Of a DNA stretch of 64,000 nt, positions 34,506 through 48,500 are shown piece after piece. The notes under the pieces were generated by a model, which was not told the origin of the DNA, did no database searches, and saw nothing but the letters and a program-made list of their open reading frames with translations. The position numbers and the translations under genes were made by a program. Source of the stretch: Candidatus Latescibacterota bacterium (GTDB lineage Bacteria > Latescibacterota > UBA2968 > UBA8231); contig OZ244561.1 of NCBI GenBank assembly GCA_965217585.1, positions 2,976,001-3,040,000 of the forward strand. Direction: 5' to 3'. Each line of letters begins with the position of its first letter. The stretch's first letter is position 1.

Positions 34506-35540
34506 ATGAACGCCATGCTTCGCGTCGCTATCGCCGGCTGCCACCGCCAGATCCTGCGCAAGCCGACGAGCCACAACTTCGCCGCCGCCTTCTGCGCCAA
34601 TCCCGACGCGGAAGTCGTCGGTGTCTTCGACTACGGCGAACGGGAACGCGCAGAATTCGTCGAGTGCTGGCGGGATGTGTGGGGAGAGGTGCCGGCCTTT
34701 GACGACTACGAGCAGCTTCTCGAGGAGGTCGCTCCCGACATCGTCTGCATCGCCACCCGACAGACGATGCACGCCGACCAGATCGAAGGGGCGGTGGCCG
34801 CCGGCGTTCGCGGGATTCTGAGTGACAAACCGCTAGCCACGACCCTCGCCGAAATGGATCGCATCGTCGCGGCCTGTGCGGAGACTCCCCTTGCCTTCGC
34901 CCTCGACCGGCGCTGGGACTCCGCCTATCGGGCGCTAAGCTCGGCCATCGCTGGCGGCCTGATCGGCGAGGTGACCAGCCTGGTGGCATACGGCATCCCG
35001 AATACAATCAATCACGGCTGTCACTGGTACGACGCCATGCTCGCGCTGCTGGGAGATCCGGAGCCCGCATGGGTCAGCGGCTTTGTAGATCCCGGCGACC
35101 CTGAGGATGAGCGCCGCCGGATCGATCCGCCCTGCCGTGCGCAGATCGGGATGGACAACGGCGCTGTCGCCTATGTAACCTGCGACGGACCCAAAGGCCC
35201 CGCCTTTGAGGTCGTGGGGGATGGCGGACGGATTTCCGTACTCGCCGACGCGAGCGCAGCCCGCATCTGGAGGGACGACTCTGAAGAGTCATTTCCCCTG
35301 CCGCCGAAGGGGGAAGGCTGGCCGGCCGGCATGAACATGGTGAGCGACCTGGTCCGCGCTGTCAAAGAGGGTGGCCGCACCGCGTGCGACATCTGTGAGG
35401 CCCGACGCGCAACCGAAATCGGATTCGCCATCTGCTCTTCCTCGGAGCGGGAAGGCGTCAGGGTTGCGCTACCCGCAGCAGATCGCTTGCTCCGCGTCGA
35501 GTCGTATCCGTGGGGGAACGAAGCTCCGAATGCGCTCTAA
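34506..35540 (+). CDS. Gfo/Idh/MocA family oxidoreductase
   Basis: RVAIAGC, PDIVCIAT, DKPLA, RRW, HGCH.YD; AGGAGG RBS. Confidence 0.9.
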   Translation: MNAMLRVAIAGCHRQILRKPTSHNFAAAFCANPDAEVVGVFDYGERERAEFVECWRDVWGEVPAFDDYEQLLEEVAPDIVCIATRQTMHADQIEGAVAAGVRGILSDKPLATTLAEMDRIVAACAETPLAFALDRRWDSAYRALSSAIAGGLIGEVTSLVAYGIPNTINHGCHWYDAMLALLGDPEPAWVSGFVDPGDPEDERRRIDPPCRAQIGMDNGAVAYVTCDGPKGPAFEVVGDGGRISVLADASAARIWRDDSEESFPLPPKGEGWPAGMNMVSDLVRAVKEGGRTACDICEARRATEIGFAICSSSEREGVRVALPAADRLLRVESYPWGNEAPNAL

Positions 35541-35613
35541 CCCAATTTGCGGGACTCGCGGTCGAAGGCGAAAGCCTGGTTTGCGCCGCTACCTAGGCGA
35601 CAGGCCGGGTGAA

Positions 35614-36456
35614 TCACCCCCGCGACGGTTCGGCGTTTTCCCGCCGATGCCGCTGATGCACTTCCGCCATCTTGAAGTCGTTGTCTATGACCTGCTGCAA
35701 ATGCACCATGCGCTCTGGCCCCGCGGTGCGCAACATGGCCTCGCCGTGGATGCGGTCAATCCAGAACCGCCCCTCGTTGGCCAGCGCGTTCTGGAAGTCT
35801 GCTAGGCGCTCGTCGGGCACGTGTTCGTAGAAGTTCATGGTGTACATGCGCCGCCGCTGCGAGCCGCCAAAGGCGGCGTGCTTGGTGTTGTGCCAAAATA
35901 CGACAATGTCGCCCGGCTGCGTCTCCACTACTTGGCACGGCACTTGGTCGGGGGCCACCCCCCACGCTGCTTCGCTGTCGGGCAGGGCCTCTTGCAGGCT
36001 GTCGGCATAGGCGTCGCCGCAGCGGTGACTGCCCGGAATGACGCGCACTGCGCCCGTGTCCCGGGTCAGCGGATCTAGGTAAAAAGCGATCTTAATGCTG
36101 GGAATGCGCTCGCCGTTGTACCCATCCGAATGCCAGCGCGTATCACCGACGTAGAAATTGCCGTCGCCGCTGGTGTAGTTGAAATCATCGCCCAAAATGC
36201 TGGCGGTAATATCGTGGATGCGCGGATCGTCGAGTAAGCTGCTCAAGTATTCGCTTTGGTCGGGGAAGGGCACGATGCACGAGCGCGCCTGCCCTGCGTG
36301 CTGTTTGCCGTGGTGCCCGCCGCCGTGCGCGGCCCATACGGCTTCGAATTCCTCGATAATGCGGTCGATGCAATTGGCCATCAGGCCGGGGAAGTACAGA
36401 TAGCCGAAGGTATTGAAATAATTGAGCTGTTGTTCGCTAAGGCGGGTCTCAGACAT
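35614..36456 (-). CDS. phytanoyl-CoA dioxygenase (PhyH) family protein
   Basis: ATG 36456 after GGAGGAG; FNTFGYL, WHSD, VRVIPGSH, PGDIVVF.H..KH, RRM. Confidence 0.88.
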   Translation of the reverse strand: MSETRLSEQQLNYFNTFGYLYFPGLMANCIDRIIEEFEAVWAAHGGGHHGKQHAGQARSCIVPFPDQSEYLSSLLDDPRIHDITASILGDDFNYTSGDGNFYVGDTRWHSDGYNGERIPSIKIAFYLDPLTRDTGAVRVIPGSHRCGDAYADSLQEALPDSEAAWGVAPDQVPCQVVETQPGDIVVFWHNTKHAAFGGSQRRRMYTMNFYEHVPDERLADFQNALANEGRFWIDRIHGEAMLRTAGPERMVHLQQVIDNDFKMAEVHQRHRRENAEPSRG

Positions 36457-36547
36457 TTGTCTCCTCCAGATTATTCCTACAGGCTCACCTCTGCACTTTG
36501 GTCTCTTTAAGGCGAGCACGATGGTCGCTATACCAACTGAGGACGGC

Positions 36548-39500
36548 TTACCAGTATAAGGTACTGCGCAACTTGAGCGCGTGCCCGGGCTGGGCCGCCC
36601 TGCGCTCGCGGCGCTCGCCGGCCAACTCCACGCGCAACGACCGCTCCACGCGCAGCCGCCCGCCCAAGCCATAGGTGCGCGTGCCCCGGCCCGACGACGC
36701 GACATTGGCATACGGGGTCAGCAGACCGTCCAGTGCCCCTAGGCCGTACCCCATTTCCGCGTTGAACAGACCGCCCTCGTCGGCCCGGGTGGGCCGCGCC
36801 AAGTCCGCCGCAGTGCGCTGCGACCAGAGGCGACCCATTCCGCTTGTCGCAGTTCCCCAAGACGACCGCAGCCGCAGCGCCAAGCCCCGACCCAATGCGC
36901 CCGGGTCTAGGTTGACCGAGCCGCCCACGCCCCACTCCTCATAGCCGTTGTCCTGATGCACTAGCAGCCGTCGCGCCGTCGCCTGCAGCGCCAAGCCCCG
37001 CTGCCGGTTGGTATAGCCCAAGCCGCCGCCCACTTCCAGCCCCAGCCCCGTCTCCGCATCGCCGCCGTCGTGGCGCATGCCCACTTCCAGCGACGGCGAC
37101 ATCCGGCCCGAGGACAACTCCACGGAGCGGCTCCCTTCCAGCAGGAGGCGCAACCGGCTCGTCAGCGTCTCTAGCGCCGGTCGAATTGCGGCGTCTGTAT
37201 CCATCCGCACCAAGAAGGCGTCCGACTTGAGCGCCACGTCGAAGTCGGACGATGCCGTCGGCGACAGCAGTGCGCCCCGTGCGCCCAATCCACCCATCTG
37301 CATCCCGATGCCCGCGTCGGAACGGTCCCCCATTCGTTCCATCTGGCCGCGCCCGTAGCCGAGCAATCCCCACGCCGACAGTCGCTCGGTCACCGCGACG
37401 CGCAAGTAGGGATGTACGCTCGTCAGATAGCTTTCCAGTTCGCCTTTGCGGAAAGGCTCCGCGGCCGTGTGGACATCGAACTCGCCGGTGCCCACGCTAT
37501 GTGCCACCGCCAAGCCGGCCAGCATCCGACCCTGTTGCCAATCACCGCCGAGCAGGCCAGTTGCCGCACCACCCGTAAGCGACAAATCGACCTCCTCGCT
37601 CCTGAAGCGGGTCGTCGCTCCCCGCCCCCAAGCTGTCCAGCGGGTACCCTGCTCTTCGCCAGACCCAGCCGACGACACTTGGAAGGAACTGCGGGACAGA
37701 ATATCTGCGAAGGAACTTCTCGTCAGATGATAGAAGGGATGGCGGGATAGAACATCTGAGAAGGAAGCATTCTTGGTCGGGACAGCCCGGCCGCTCGCAT
37801 TTGCCCACCCCCGCCCGGACATAGCCTCCAACGTCACCCGCTGGCCGCCCACCGTCAGATGTGCGCCCCCTCCAGACCGACCCGTTAGGCGGTCCGAAAC
37901 CGCGTCCATTACTTGGCTGGCCGTCGTCCGCCCAAACCGCGCCAGCCACGCCTTCTCCACTGAGGGGTCATCGTCGGTGATCGTACCCGTGGCGGTGCCG
38001 TCGGCTATTGTCGCGTTGGCCGGGTTGCTCACCGCGATGGTGAAGGTCTCGTCGGCTTCATCCAGCGCGTCGTTGAACATTGCCACCGCGAGGGTCTGCT
38101 CGGTCTGGCCGGGCGCGAAGGTCAGACGGCCTTCTGTCGCCGCGTAATCTGCATCTGCCGTTGCCGTGCCGTCAGCGGTCGTCCAATCGACCGTCACCTC
38201 AAGACCACTGACCGCTTCCAGCGTCACCGCGAAGGTGATTTCCCCGTCGCCTTCGGCTGCCTCGGCGTCGGCGATGGTCAGGGCCGGGGTGTCGTCGTTG
38301 TCGGCGATCGTGCCGGTCGCCTCCGCATCGTCCAAGGTCGCATTCGCTGCGTTAGTCAATGCGACGGTGAAGGTCTCGTCGGCTTCGTCCAGCGCGTCGT
38401 CTAGCAGCGGTACGGTAATCGTCTGCTCTGTTTCCAAGGCGTTGAAGCGCAGCGTGCCCGTCGTCTCCGCATAGTCGGCACCTTGGGTCGCCGTGCCATC
38501 GGCGGTCGTCCAATCGACTGTTACCTCAAGGCTGCTGGCCATGTTCAGCCGCACAGTGAAGGTGATCTGCTCGTCGCCTTCGGCTGCCTCGGCGTCGGCG
38601 ATGGTCAGGGCCGGGGTATCGTCTTCGGAGATCGTCACTTCGACGTCTGCTGCGGATATGCCCTCGTAATCGCCGCCGCTGACGGCGTGCGTCAGCATTA
38701 CCGGGTCGTCGGCTACCGCGTCGTCGTCGTGGGCTGCGGTTACCGCGACCGTCTGTGCCTGATTCCAATTAGCCGCCGTGAATGTCAACTCTGTTTGATC
38801 CACCGTAATGTCCGCGTCCTCTGGCACCTGTACTGCGACCGTCACGTTTGCCGTCGGCTGCGAAGTCAGTACCATCGTGTAGCTTTTGGAATCGCCTTCC
38901 GGTACCTCCAGCGCGGCAGTTGAGATCGTCACCTCGGCGGTGTCGTCTTCGGTGATCGACACCACGACGCCTGCTGCGGATATGCCTTCGTAGTCTCCAC
39001 CGCTGACGGCGTGCGTCAGCATTACCGGGTCGTCGGCTACCGCGTCGGCATCCTGAGCGGCGGTCACCTTCACCGTTTGCGCCTGATTCCAATTAGCCGC
39101 CGTGAATGTCAACTCTGTTTGATCCACCGTAATGTCCGCGTCCTCTGGCACCTGTACTGCGACCGTCACGTTTGCTGTCGGCTGCGAAGTCAGCACCATC
39201 GTGTAGCTTTTGGAAGCGCCTTCCGGTACCTCCAGCGCGGCAGTTGAGATCGTCACCTCGGCGGTGTCGTCTTCGGTAATCGACACCACGACGCCTGCTG
39301 CGGATATGCCCTCGTAGTCTCCGCCGCTGATCGCGTGCGTCAGCATTACCGGATCGTCGGCTACCGCGTCGTCGTCGTGGGCTGCCGTTACTGAGATCGT
39401 CTGCGCCTGATTCCAATTAGCCGCCGTGAATGTCAACTCTGTTTGATCCACCGTAATGTCCGTGTCCTCTGGCACCTGTACTGCGACCGTCACGTTTGCC

Positions 39501-42500
39501 GTCGGCTGCGAAGTCAGTACCATCGTGTAGCTTTTGGAATCGCCTTCCGGCACCTCCAGCGCGGCAGTTGAGATCGTCACCTCGGCGGTGTCGTCTTCGG
39601 TGATCGACACCACGACGCCTGCTGCGGATATGCCCTCATAGTCTCCACCGCTGACGGCGTGCGTCAGCACCACCGGATCGTCGGCTACCGCGTCGTCGTC
39701 GTGGGCTGCGGTTACCGCGACCGTTTGCGCCTGATTCCAATTAGCCGCCGTGAACGTCAGCGCCGATGGGGCCACCGCAATGTCCGTGTCCTCTGGCACC
39801 TGTACTGCGACCGGCACGTTTGCTGTCGGCTGCGAAGTCAGTACCATCGTGTAGCTTTTGGAAGCGCCTTCCGGTACCTCCAGCGCAGCAGTTGAGATCG
39901 TCACCTCGGCGGTGTCGTCTTCGGTAATCGACACCACGACGCCTGCTGCGGATATGCCTTCGTAGTCTCCGCCGCTGACGGCGTGCGTCAGCATTACCGG
40001 GTCGTCGGCTACCGCGTCGTCGTCGTGGGCTGCCGTTACCGCGACCGTCTGCGCCTGATTCCAATTGTCCGTCGTGAACATCAGCGCCGATGGGGCCACC
40101 GTAATGTCTGTGTCCTCTGGCACCTGTACTGCGACCGTCACGTCTGCTGTCGGCTGCGAAGTCAGCACCATCGTGTAGCTTTTGGAATCGCCTTCCGGTA
40201 CCTCCAGCGCGGCAGTTGAGATCGTCACCTCGGCGGTGTCGTCTTCGGTGATCGACACCACGACGCCTGCTGCGGATATGCCCTCGTAATCGCCGCCACT
40301 GATCGCGTGCGTCAGCACCACCGGATCGTCGGCTACCGCGTCGGCATCCTGAGCGGCGGTCACCTTCACCGTTTGCGCCTGATTCCAATTAGCCGCCGTG
40401 AACGTCAACGCCGATGGGGCCACCGTAATGTCTGTGTCCTCCGGCACCTGTATTACGACCGTCACGTCTGCCGTCGGCTCCGAGGTCAGCACTACCGTGT
40501 AGCTCGCGCTGCCACCCTCGTCCACCGTCAACGCTGTTGGGGTCACTGTTACGCCGCGCTCGTCGTTGTCGATGACTGGTACCGTGGCACTGGCCGCATC
40601 GCCCGCCCGATGGGTTGCGCCATCCGTGACCGTCGCCGTCACTGCGCCGTCCGCCTCGTCGCGCTCGTCGTCATCTGTCGCCACCTTAAGCGTCGCGTTT
40701 GACGCATCCACCGCGAACACTGCTTCGCTGGGTGCTCCGTCCGCGAGGAACGCGCCGCGCTCCGTTACACTCAGCGGCACGGTCAGCGGCACGGTCAGGT
40801 CGCCTACCCGCGTCAGCGTGAACGTCATCGTCCCGCCTTCTTCCACTGCCGCTGGGTCTGCCGCCACGCTCACCACCGGCAGGTCGTTATCGGTGATTAC
40901 GCCGGTCGCCTCGCCATTTTTGATCGTCGCGTTCTTCGGTTCACTCAATAGGACCGTGAACGCTTCGGCCGCCTCGTCTAGGTCGTCGTCGATGATGGGT
41001 ACGCGGATCGTCTGCGCCGTCTCTAAGACGGGGAAGGTCAGCGTCCCGGTCGTTCCCTCATAGTCAGTGTCCGCCATCGCTGTGCTGTCGGCGGTCGCAT
41101 ACTCTACTGTCACTGTCTGGCTGCTGGCCACGTTCAGCGTCACGGTGAACTCCAGCACTTCGTCCCCCTCCGCTGCTGCTCCGTCAGTGATCGACAACTC
41201 CGGCGTGTCGTTCTCGGTGATGGTGACCGTCACGGATTCGGCCGTTACCGTGCCGTAGTCGCCGCCACGGACCGCGTGCGTCAGCACCACCGGATCGTCG
41301 GCCACGGCGTCGTCGTCGTGGACAGCCGTTACTGTTACCGTCTGCGGTATCCTCCAATTCTCGGCCGTGAATGTCAATTCCGTCTCGTCCACCGCGACCT
41401 CCGCGTCTTCGGGCACCTGCACTGCGACCGTCACGTTTGCCGTCGGCTCCGAAGTTAACACCACCGTGTAGCTCGCGCTGTCGCCCTCGGGTACCGTCAA
41501 CGCCGTCGGGGTTACGGTCACGCCGCGCACGTCGTTGTCGGTGACCGGTGCCGTCGCGCGGTTGGATTCGCTTACCCGGTGAGTCGCGCCATCCGTGATC
41601 GTCGCCGTCACCGCGCCGTCCGCCTCGTCGCGCTCGTCGTCGTCTGTCGCCACCTGAAGCGTCGTTGTCTCCGCATCTACATCGAACGTCGCCTCGGTGG
41701 GTGCTCCATCCGCGAGGAACGCGCCGCGCTCCGTCACGTCCACCGGCACCGTCAGCGGCACGGTCAGGTCGCCCACTCGCGTCAGTGTGAACGTCACCGT
41801 CGCGCCTTCTTCCACCGCTGTCGGGTCGGCTGCCACGCTTACCACCGGCAGATCGTTGTCGGCGATCACGCCGGTCGCCTCGCCATCTCCGCTTGTCGCG
41901 TTGGAAGCATTGCTCAGCGCGACCGTGAACGCTTCGGCCGCCTCGTCTAGGTCGTCGTCGATGATGGGTACGCGGATCGTCTGCGCCGTCTCTAAGACGG
42001 GGAAGGTCAGCGTCCCGGTCGTTCCCTCATAGTCAGTGTCCGCCATCGCTGTGCTGTCGGCGGTCGCATACTCTACTGTCACTGTCTGGCTGCTGGCCAC
42101 GTTCAGCGTCACGGTGAACTCCAGCACTTCGTCCCCCTCCGCTGCTGCTCCGTCAGTGATCGACAACTCCGGCGTGTCGTTCTCGGTGATGGTGACCGTC
42201 ACGGATTCGGCCGTTACCGTGCCGTAGTTGCCGCCACGGACCGCGTGCGTCAGCACCACCGGATCGTCGGCCACGGCGTCGTCGTCGTGGACAGCCGTTA
42301 CTGTTACCGTCTGCGCCTGATTCCAATTCTCGGCCGTGAATGTCAATTCCGTCTCGTCCACCGCGACCTCCGCGTCTTCGGGCACCTGCACTGCGACCGT
42401 CACGTTTGCCGTCGGCTCCGTGTCCAGCACCACCGTGTAGCTCGTGCTGCTGCCCTCGGGTACCGTCAGCGCCGTCGGGGTTACGGTCACGCCGCGCACA

Positions 42501-45500
42501 TCGTTGTCGGTGACCGGTGCCGTCGCGCGGTTGGATTCGCTTACCCGGTGAGTCGCGCCATCCGTGATCGTCGCCGTCACCGCGCCGTCCGCCTCGTCGC
42601 GCTCGTCGTCGTCTGTCGCCACCTGAAGCGTCGTTGTCTCCGCATCTACATCGAACGTCGCCTTGGTGGGTGCTCCATCCGCGAGGAACGCGCCGCGCTC
42701 CGTCACGTCCACTGGCACCGTCATTGGCACGGTCAGGTCGCCCACTCGCGTCAGTGTGAACGTCACGGTCGCGCCTTCTTCCACCGCCGCTGGGTCGGCC
42801 GCCACGCTTACCACCGGCCGGTCGTTGTCGGCGATCACGCCGGTCGCCTCGCCCTCTTCGATCGTCGCGTTGGAAGCATTGCTCAGCGCGACCGTGAACG
42901 CTTCGGCCGCCTCGTTTAGGTCGTCATCAATGATGGGCACGCGGATCGTTTGGGTCGTCTCCAAAGCGGGAAAAGCTAGCGTGCCGGTCGTTGTCCCGTA
43001 ATCCGTCCCCGCCGTCGCCGTGCCATCGGCGGTCGCGTAATCGACCGTCACCGTCTGGCTGCTGGCCACGCTCAGCCGCACTGAAAACGCCATCGCCCCG
43101 TCGCCCTCCGCCGCCGCCGCGTCGGCGATCAATAGTGTCGGCGTGTCGTCCTCAATGATCGTTGCCTCAACGCTGGCTGCCGTTACCAACCCGTAGTTGC
43201 CGCCGCTGACTGCGTGACGGATCGTCACTGGATCGTCGGCCACGGCGTCGGCATCCTGAGCCGCGGTCCCTGTTATCGTCTGCGGTATCCTCCAATTCTC
43301 GGCCGTGAATGTCAATTCCGTCTCGTCCACCGCGACCTCTGCGTCTTCGGGTACCTGCACTGCGACCGTCACGTTTGCCGTCGGCTCCGAAGTTAACACC
43401 ACCGTGTAGCTCGCGCTGTCGCCCTCGGGTACCGTCAACGCCGTCGGGGTTACGGTCACGCCGCGCACGTCGTTGTCGGTGACCGGCACCGTCGCGCGGT
43501 TGGATTCGCTTACCCGGAGGGTCGCGCCATCCGTGATCGTCGCCGTCACCGCGCCGTTTACTTCGTCCACATCATCATCGACCGTCGCCACCTGAAGCGT
43601 CGTATTTATCGCACCCACCGCGAACATCGCCTCGGTGGGTGCTCCGTCCGCGAGGAACGCGCCGCGCTCCGTCACGTCCACCGGCACCGTCAGCGGCACG
43701 GTCAGGTCGCCCACTCGCGTCAGCGTGAACGTCACGGTCGCGCCTTCTTCCACCGCCGCTGGGTCGGCCGCCACGCTTACCACCGGCCGGTCGTTGTCGG
43801 CGATCACGCCGGTCGCCTTGCCCTCTTCGATCGTCGCGTTGGAAGCATTGCTCAGCGCGACCGTGAACGCTTCGGCCGCCTCGTTTAGGTCGTCGTCGAT
43901 GATGGGCACGCGGATCGTTTGGGTCGTCTCCAAAGCGGGAAAAGCTAGCGTGCCGGTCGTTGTCCCGTAATCCGTCCCCGCCGTCGCCGTGCCATCGGCG
44001 GTCGCGTAATCGACCGTCACCGTCTGGCTGCTGGCCACGCTCAGCCGCACTGAAAACGCCATCGCCCCGTCGCCCTCCGCTGCCGCCGCGTCGGCGATCA
44101 ATAGTGTCGGCGTGTCGTCCTCAATGATCGTTGCCTCAACGCTGGCTGCCGTTACCAACCCGTAGTCGCCGCCGCTGACTGCGTGACGGATCGTCACTGG
44201 ATCGTCGGCCACGGCGTCGGCATCCTGAGCCGCGGTCCCTGTTATCGTCTGCGGTATCCTCCAATTCTCGGCCGTGAATGTCAATTCCGTCTCGTCCACC
44301 GCGACCTCTGCGTCTTCGGGTACCTGCACTGCGACCGTCACGTTTGCCGTCGGCTCCGAAGTTAACACCACCGTGTAGCTCGCGCTGTCGCCCTCGGGTA
44401 CCGTCAACGCCGTCGGGGTTACGGTCACGCCGCGCACGTCGTTGTCGGTGACCGGCACCGTCGCGCGGTTGGATTCGCTTACCCGGAGGGTCGCGCCATC
44501 CGTGATCGTCGCCGTCACCGCGCCGTTTACTTCGTCCACATCATCATCGACCGTCGCCACCTGAAGCGTCGTATTTATCGCACCCACCGCGAACATCGCC
44601 TCGGTGGGTGCTCCGTCCGCGAGGAACGCGCCGCGCTCCGTCACGTCCACCGGCACCGTCAGCGGCACGGTCAGGTCGCCCACTCGCGTCAGCGTGAACG
44701 TCACGGTCGCGCCTTCTTCCACCGCCGCTGGGTCGGCCGCCACGCTGACTACCGGCAGGTCGTTGTCGGCGATCACGCCGGTCGCCTTGCCCTCTTCGAT
44801 CGTCGCGTTGGAAGCATTGCTCAGCGCGACCGTGAACGCTTCGGCCGCCTCGTTTAGGTCGTCGTCGATGATGGGCACGCGGATCGTTTGGGTCGTCTCC
44901 AAAGCGGGAAAAGCTAGCGTGCCGGTCGTTGTCCCGTAATCCGTCCCCGCCGTCGCCGTGCCATCGGCGGTCGCGTAATCGACCGTCACCGTCTGGCTGC
45001 TGGCCACGCTCAGCCGCACTGAAAACGCCATCGCCCCATCGCCCTCCGCCGCCGCTGCGTCGGCGATCAATAGTGTCGGCGTGTCGTCCTCAATGATTGT
45101 TACCTCAACGCTGGCTGCCGTTACCAACCCGTAGTCGCCGCCGCTGACTGCGTGACGGATCGTCACTGGATCGTCGGCCACGGCGTCGGCATCCTGAGCC
45201 GCGGTCCCTGTTATCGTCTGCGGTATCCTCCAATTCTCGGCCGTGAATGTCAATTCCGTCTCGTCCACCGCGACCTCTGCGCCTTCGGGCATCTGTGTCG
45301 TGACCGTCACGTTTGCCGTCGGCTCCGAAGTTAACACCACCGTGTAGCTCGCGCTGTCGCCCTCAGGAATCATCAACGCCGTCGGGGTTACGGTCACGCC
45401 GCGCACGTCGTTGTCGGTGACCGGCACCGTCGCGCGGTTGGATTCGCTTACCCGGAGGGTCGCGCCATCCGTGATCGTCGCCGTCACCGCGCCGTTTACT

Positions 45501-48500
45501 TCGTCCACATCATCGTCCACCGTCGCCACCTGAAGCGTCGTTGTCTCCGCATCTACATCGAACGTCGCCTCGGTGGGTGCTCCGTCCGCGAGGAACGCGC
45601 CGCGCTCCGTCACGTCCACCGGCACCGTCATTGGCACGGTCAAGTCGCCCACTCGCTTCAGCATGAACGTCACTGTCGCGCCTTCTTCCACCGCTGTCGG
45701 GTCGGCTGCCACGCTGACTACCGGCAGGTCGTTGTCGGCGATCACGCCGGTCGCCTTGCCATCTTCGATCGTCGCGTTGGAAGCATTGCTCAGCGCGACC
45801 GTGAACGCTTCGGCCGCCTCGTTTAGGTCGTCGTCGATGATGGGCACGCGGATCGTTTGGGTCGTCTCCAAAGCGGGAAAAGCTAGCGTGCCGGTCGTTG
45901 TCCCGTAATCCGTCCCCGCCGTCGCCGTGCCATCGGCGGTCGCGTAATCGACCGTCACCGTCTGGCTGCTGGCCACGCTCAGCCGCACTGAAAACGCCAT
46001 CTCCCCGTCGCCCTCCGCTGCCGCTGCGTCGGCGATCAATAGTGTCGGCGTGTCGTCCTCAATGATTGTTACCTCAACGCTGGCTGCCGTTACCAACCCG
46101 TAGTCGCCGCCGCTGACTGCGTGACGGATCGTCACTGGATCGTCGGCCACGGCGTCGGCATCCTGAGCCGCGGTCCCTGTTATCGTCTGCGGTATCCTCC
46201 AATTCTCGGCCGTGAATGTCAATTCCGTCTCGTCCACCGCGACCTCTGCGCCTTCGGGCATCTGTGTCGTGACCGTCACGTTTGCCGTCGGCTCCGAAGT
46301 TAACACCACCGTGTAGCTCGCGCTGTCGCCCTCAGGAATCATCAACGCCGTCGGGGTTACGGTCACGCCGCGCACGTCGTTGTCGGTGACCGGCACCGTC
46401 GCGCGGTTGGATTCGCTTACCCGGAGGGTCGCGCCATCCGTGATCGTCGCCGTTACCGCGCCGTTTACTTCGTCCACATCATCGTCCACCGTCGCCACCT
46501 GAAGCGTCGTTGTCTCCGCATCTACATCGAACGTCGCCTCGGTGGGTGCTCCGTCCGCGAGGAACGCGCCGCGCTCCGTCACGTCCACCGGCACCGTCAT
46601 TGGCACGGTCAGGTCGCCCACTCGCGTCAGCGTGAACGTCACGGTCGCGCCTTCTTCCACCGCTGTCGGGTCGGCCGCCACGCTGACTACCGGCAGGTCG
46701 TTGTCGGCGATCACGCCGGTCGCCTTGCCTACTTCGATCGTCGCGTTGGAAGCATTGCTCAGCGCGACCGTGAACGCTTCGGCCGCCTCGTCTAGGTCGT
46801 CGTCGATGATAGGCACGCGGATGGTCTGTCCCGTCTCCAAGGCGGGGAAAATCAGCGTCCCGGTCGTCGTCTCGTAATCCTTGTCCGCCGTCGCCGTGCC
46901 GGTCGAAGTCATATACTCTGCCGTCACCGTCTTGCTACTGGCCACGCTCAGCCGCACCTGGAACGCTAGCTCCCCGTCGCCCTCCGCTGCCGCCGCGTCG
47001 GCGATCAATAGTGTCGGCATATCGTCTTCAAGGATCGTCACCGCAACGCTAGCCGCTGCCACCGTGTCGTAGTCGCCGCCGCTGACTGCATGAGTTAGCA
47101 CCACCGGATCGTCGGCTACGGCGTCGGCATCCTGAGCCGCCGTTACCGTTACCGTCTGCGCCTGATTCCAATCTTCGGCTGTGAACGTCAATTCCGTCTC
47201 GTCCACCGAGACCTCCGCGTCCTCTGGCACCTGCACGGCCACGGTCACGTCCGCTGTTGGCTCCGTGTCCAGCACCACCGTATAGTTCGCGCTGCCGCCT
47301 TCGGGCACGAGCAGCGCTGTCGGGGTCACGGTCACGCCGGGCACGTCATTGTCGATGACCGGCACCGTCGCGCTGGCCGCATCGCCTACCCGGTGGGTCG
47401 CGCCGCTGGTGATAGTCGCCGTCACCGCGCCGTGCTCCTCGTCGCTCCCATCGTCGTCTGTCGCCATCAGAAGCGTCGTCGTTGCTGCATTCGCCGTGAA
47501 TGTCGCCTCGGTAGGTACCTCATCGGCGAGGAACGCGCCGCGCTCCGTTACCCGTACTGGCACCGTCAGCGGCACGGTCAGGTCGCCTACCCGCGTCAGC
47601 GTAAACGTCACCGTCCCACCTTCTACCACTCCTGCTAGGTCTGCCGCTATGCTGACCACCGGCAGGTCGTTGTCGGCGATCACGCCCGTTGCCTTGCCTA
47701 CTTCGATCGTCGCGTTCTCCGGCTCGCTCAACGCGACCGTGAACGCTTCCGCCGTCTCGTCTAGGTCGTCATCCATGATAGGCACGCGGATCGTCTGATT
47801 CGTCCTTCCAGCCGGGAAGGTCAGCGTCCCGGTTGTCGCCTCGTAATCCGTCCCCGCTATCGCTGTGCCGTCCGCCGTCGCATACTCGACCGTCACCGTC
47901 TGGATGCTGGCCACGCTCAGCCGCACTGAAAACGCCATCGCCCCATCGCCCTCTGACGCCTCCGCGTCGGCGATCCGGATCGTCGGTGGGTCGTCCTCAA
48001 GGATTGTCACCGCAACGCTGGCCGCGGGCACCGCACCGTAGTCGCCGCCGCCAACCGCATGACGGATCGTCACTGGATCGTCGGCCACCGAGTCGGCGTC
48101 CTGAGCCGCGGTCACCGCAACCATCTGCGTCGTCCTCCAGTTGGCCGCGGTGAATGTCAACGCCGTCGGGGTCACCGAAATTTCCGCGTTCGCCGGTACT
48201 TGCACTGCGACCGTCACATTCGCCGTCGGCTCCGTGTCCAGGTCTATCATGTAACTGAGACTGCCGCCCTCGCGAATCGTCAGTGCCGTCGGGGTCACGG
48301 TCACGCCGCGTACGTCGTTGTCGGTGACCGGCACGGTGGCACTGGCCGCATCGCTTATCTGATGGGTCGGGCCCTCCATGATCGTTGCTGTCACCGCGCC
48401 GTGCGCCTCGTCGCGCCCATCGTCGTCTGTCGCCACCAGAAGCGTCGTCGTCGCTGCATTCGCCGCGAATGTCGCTTCGGTGGGAACCTCGTCCGTGAGG

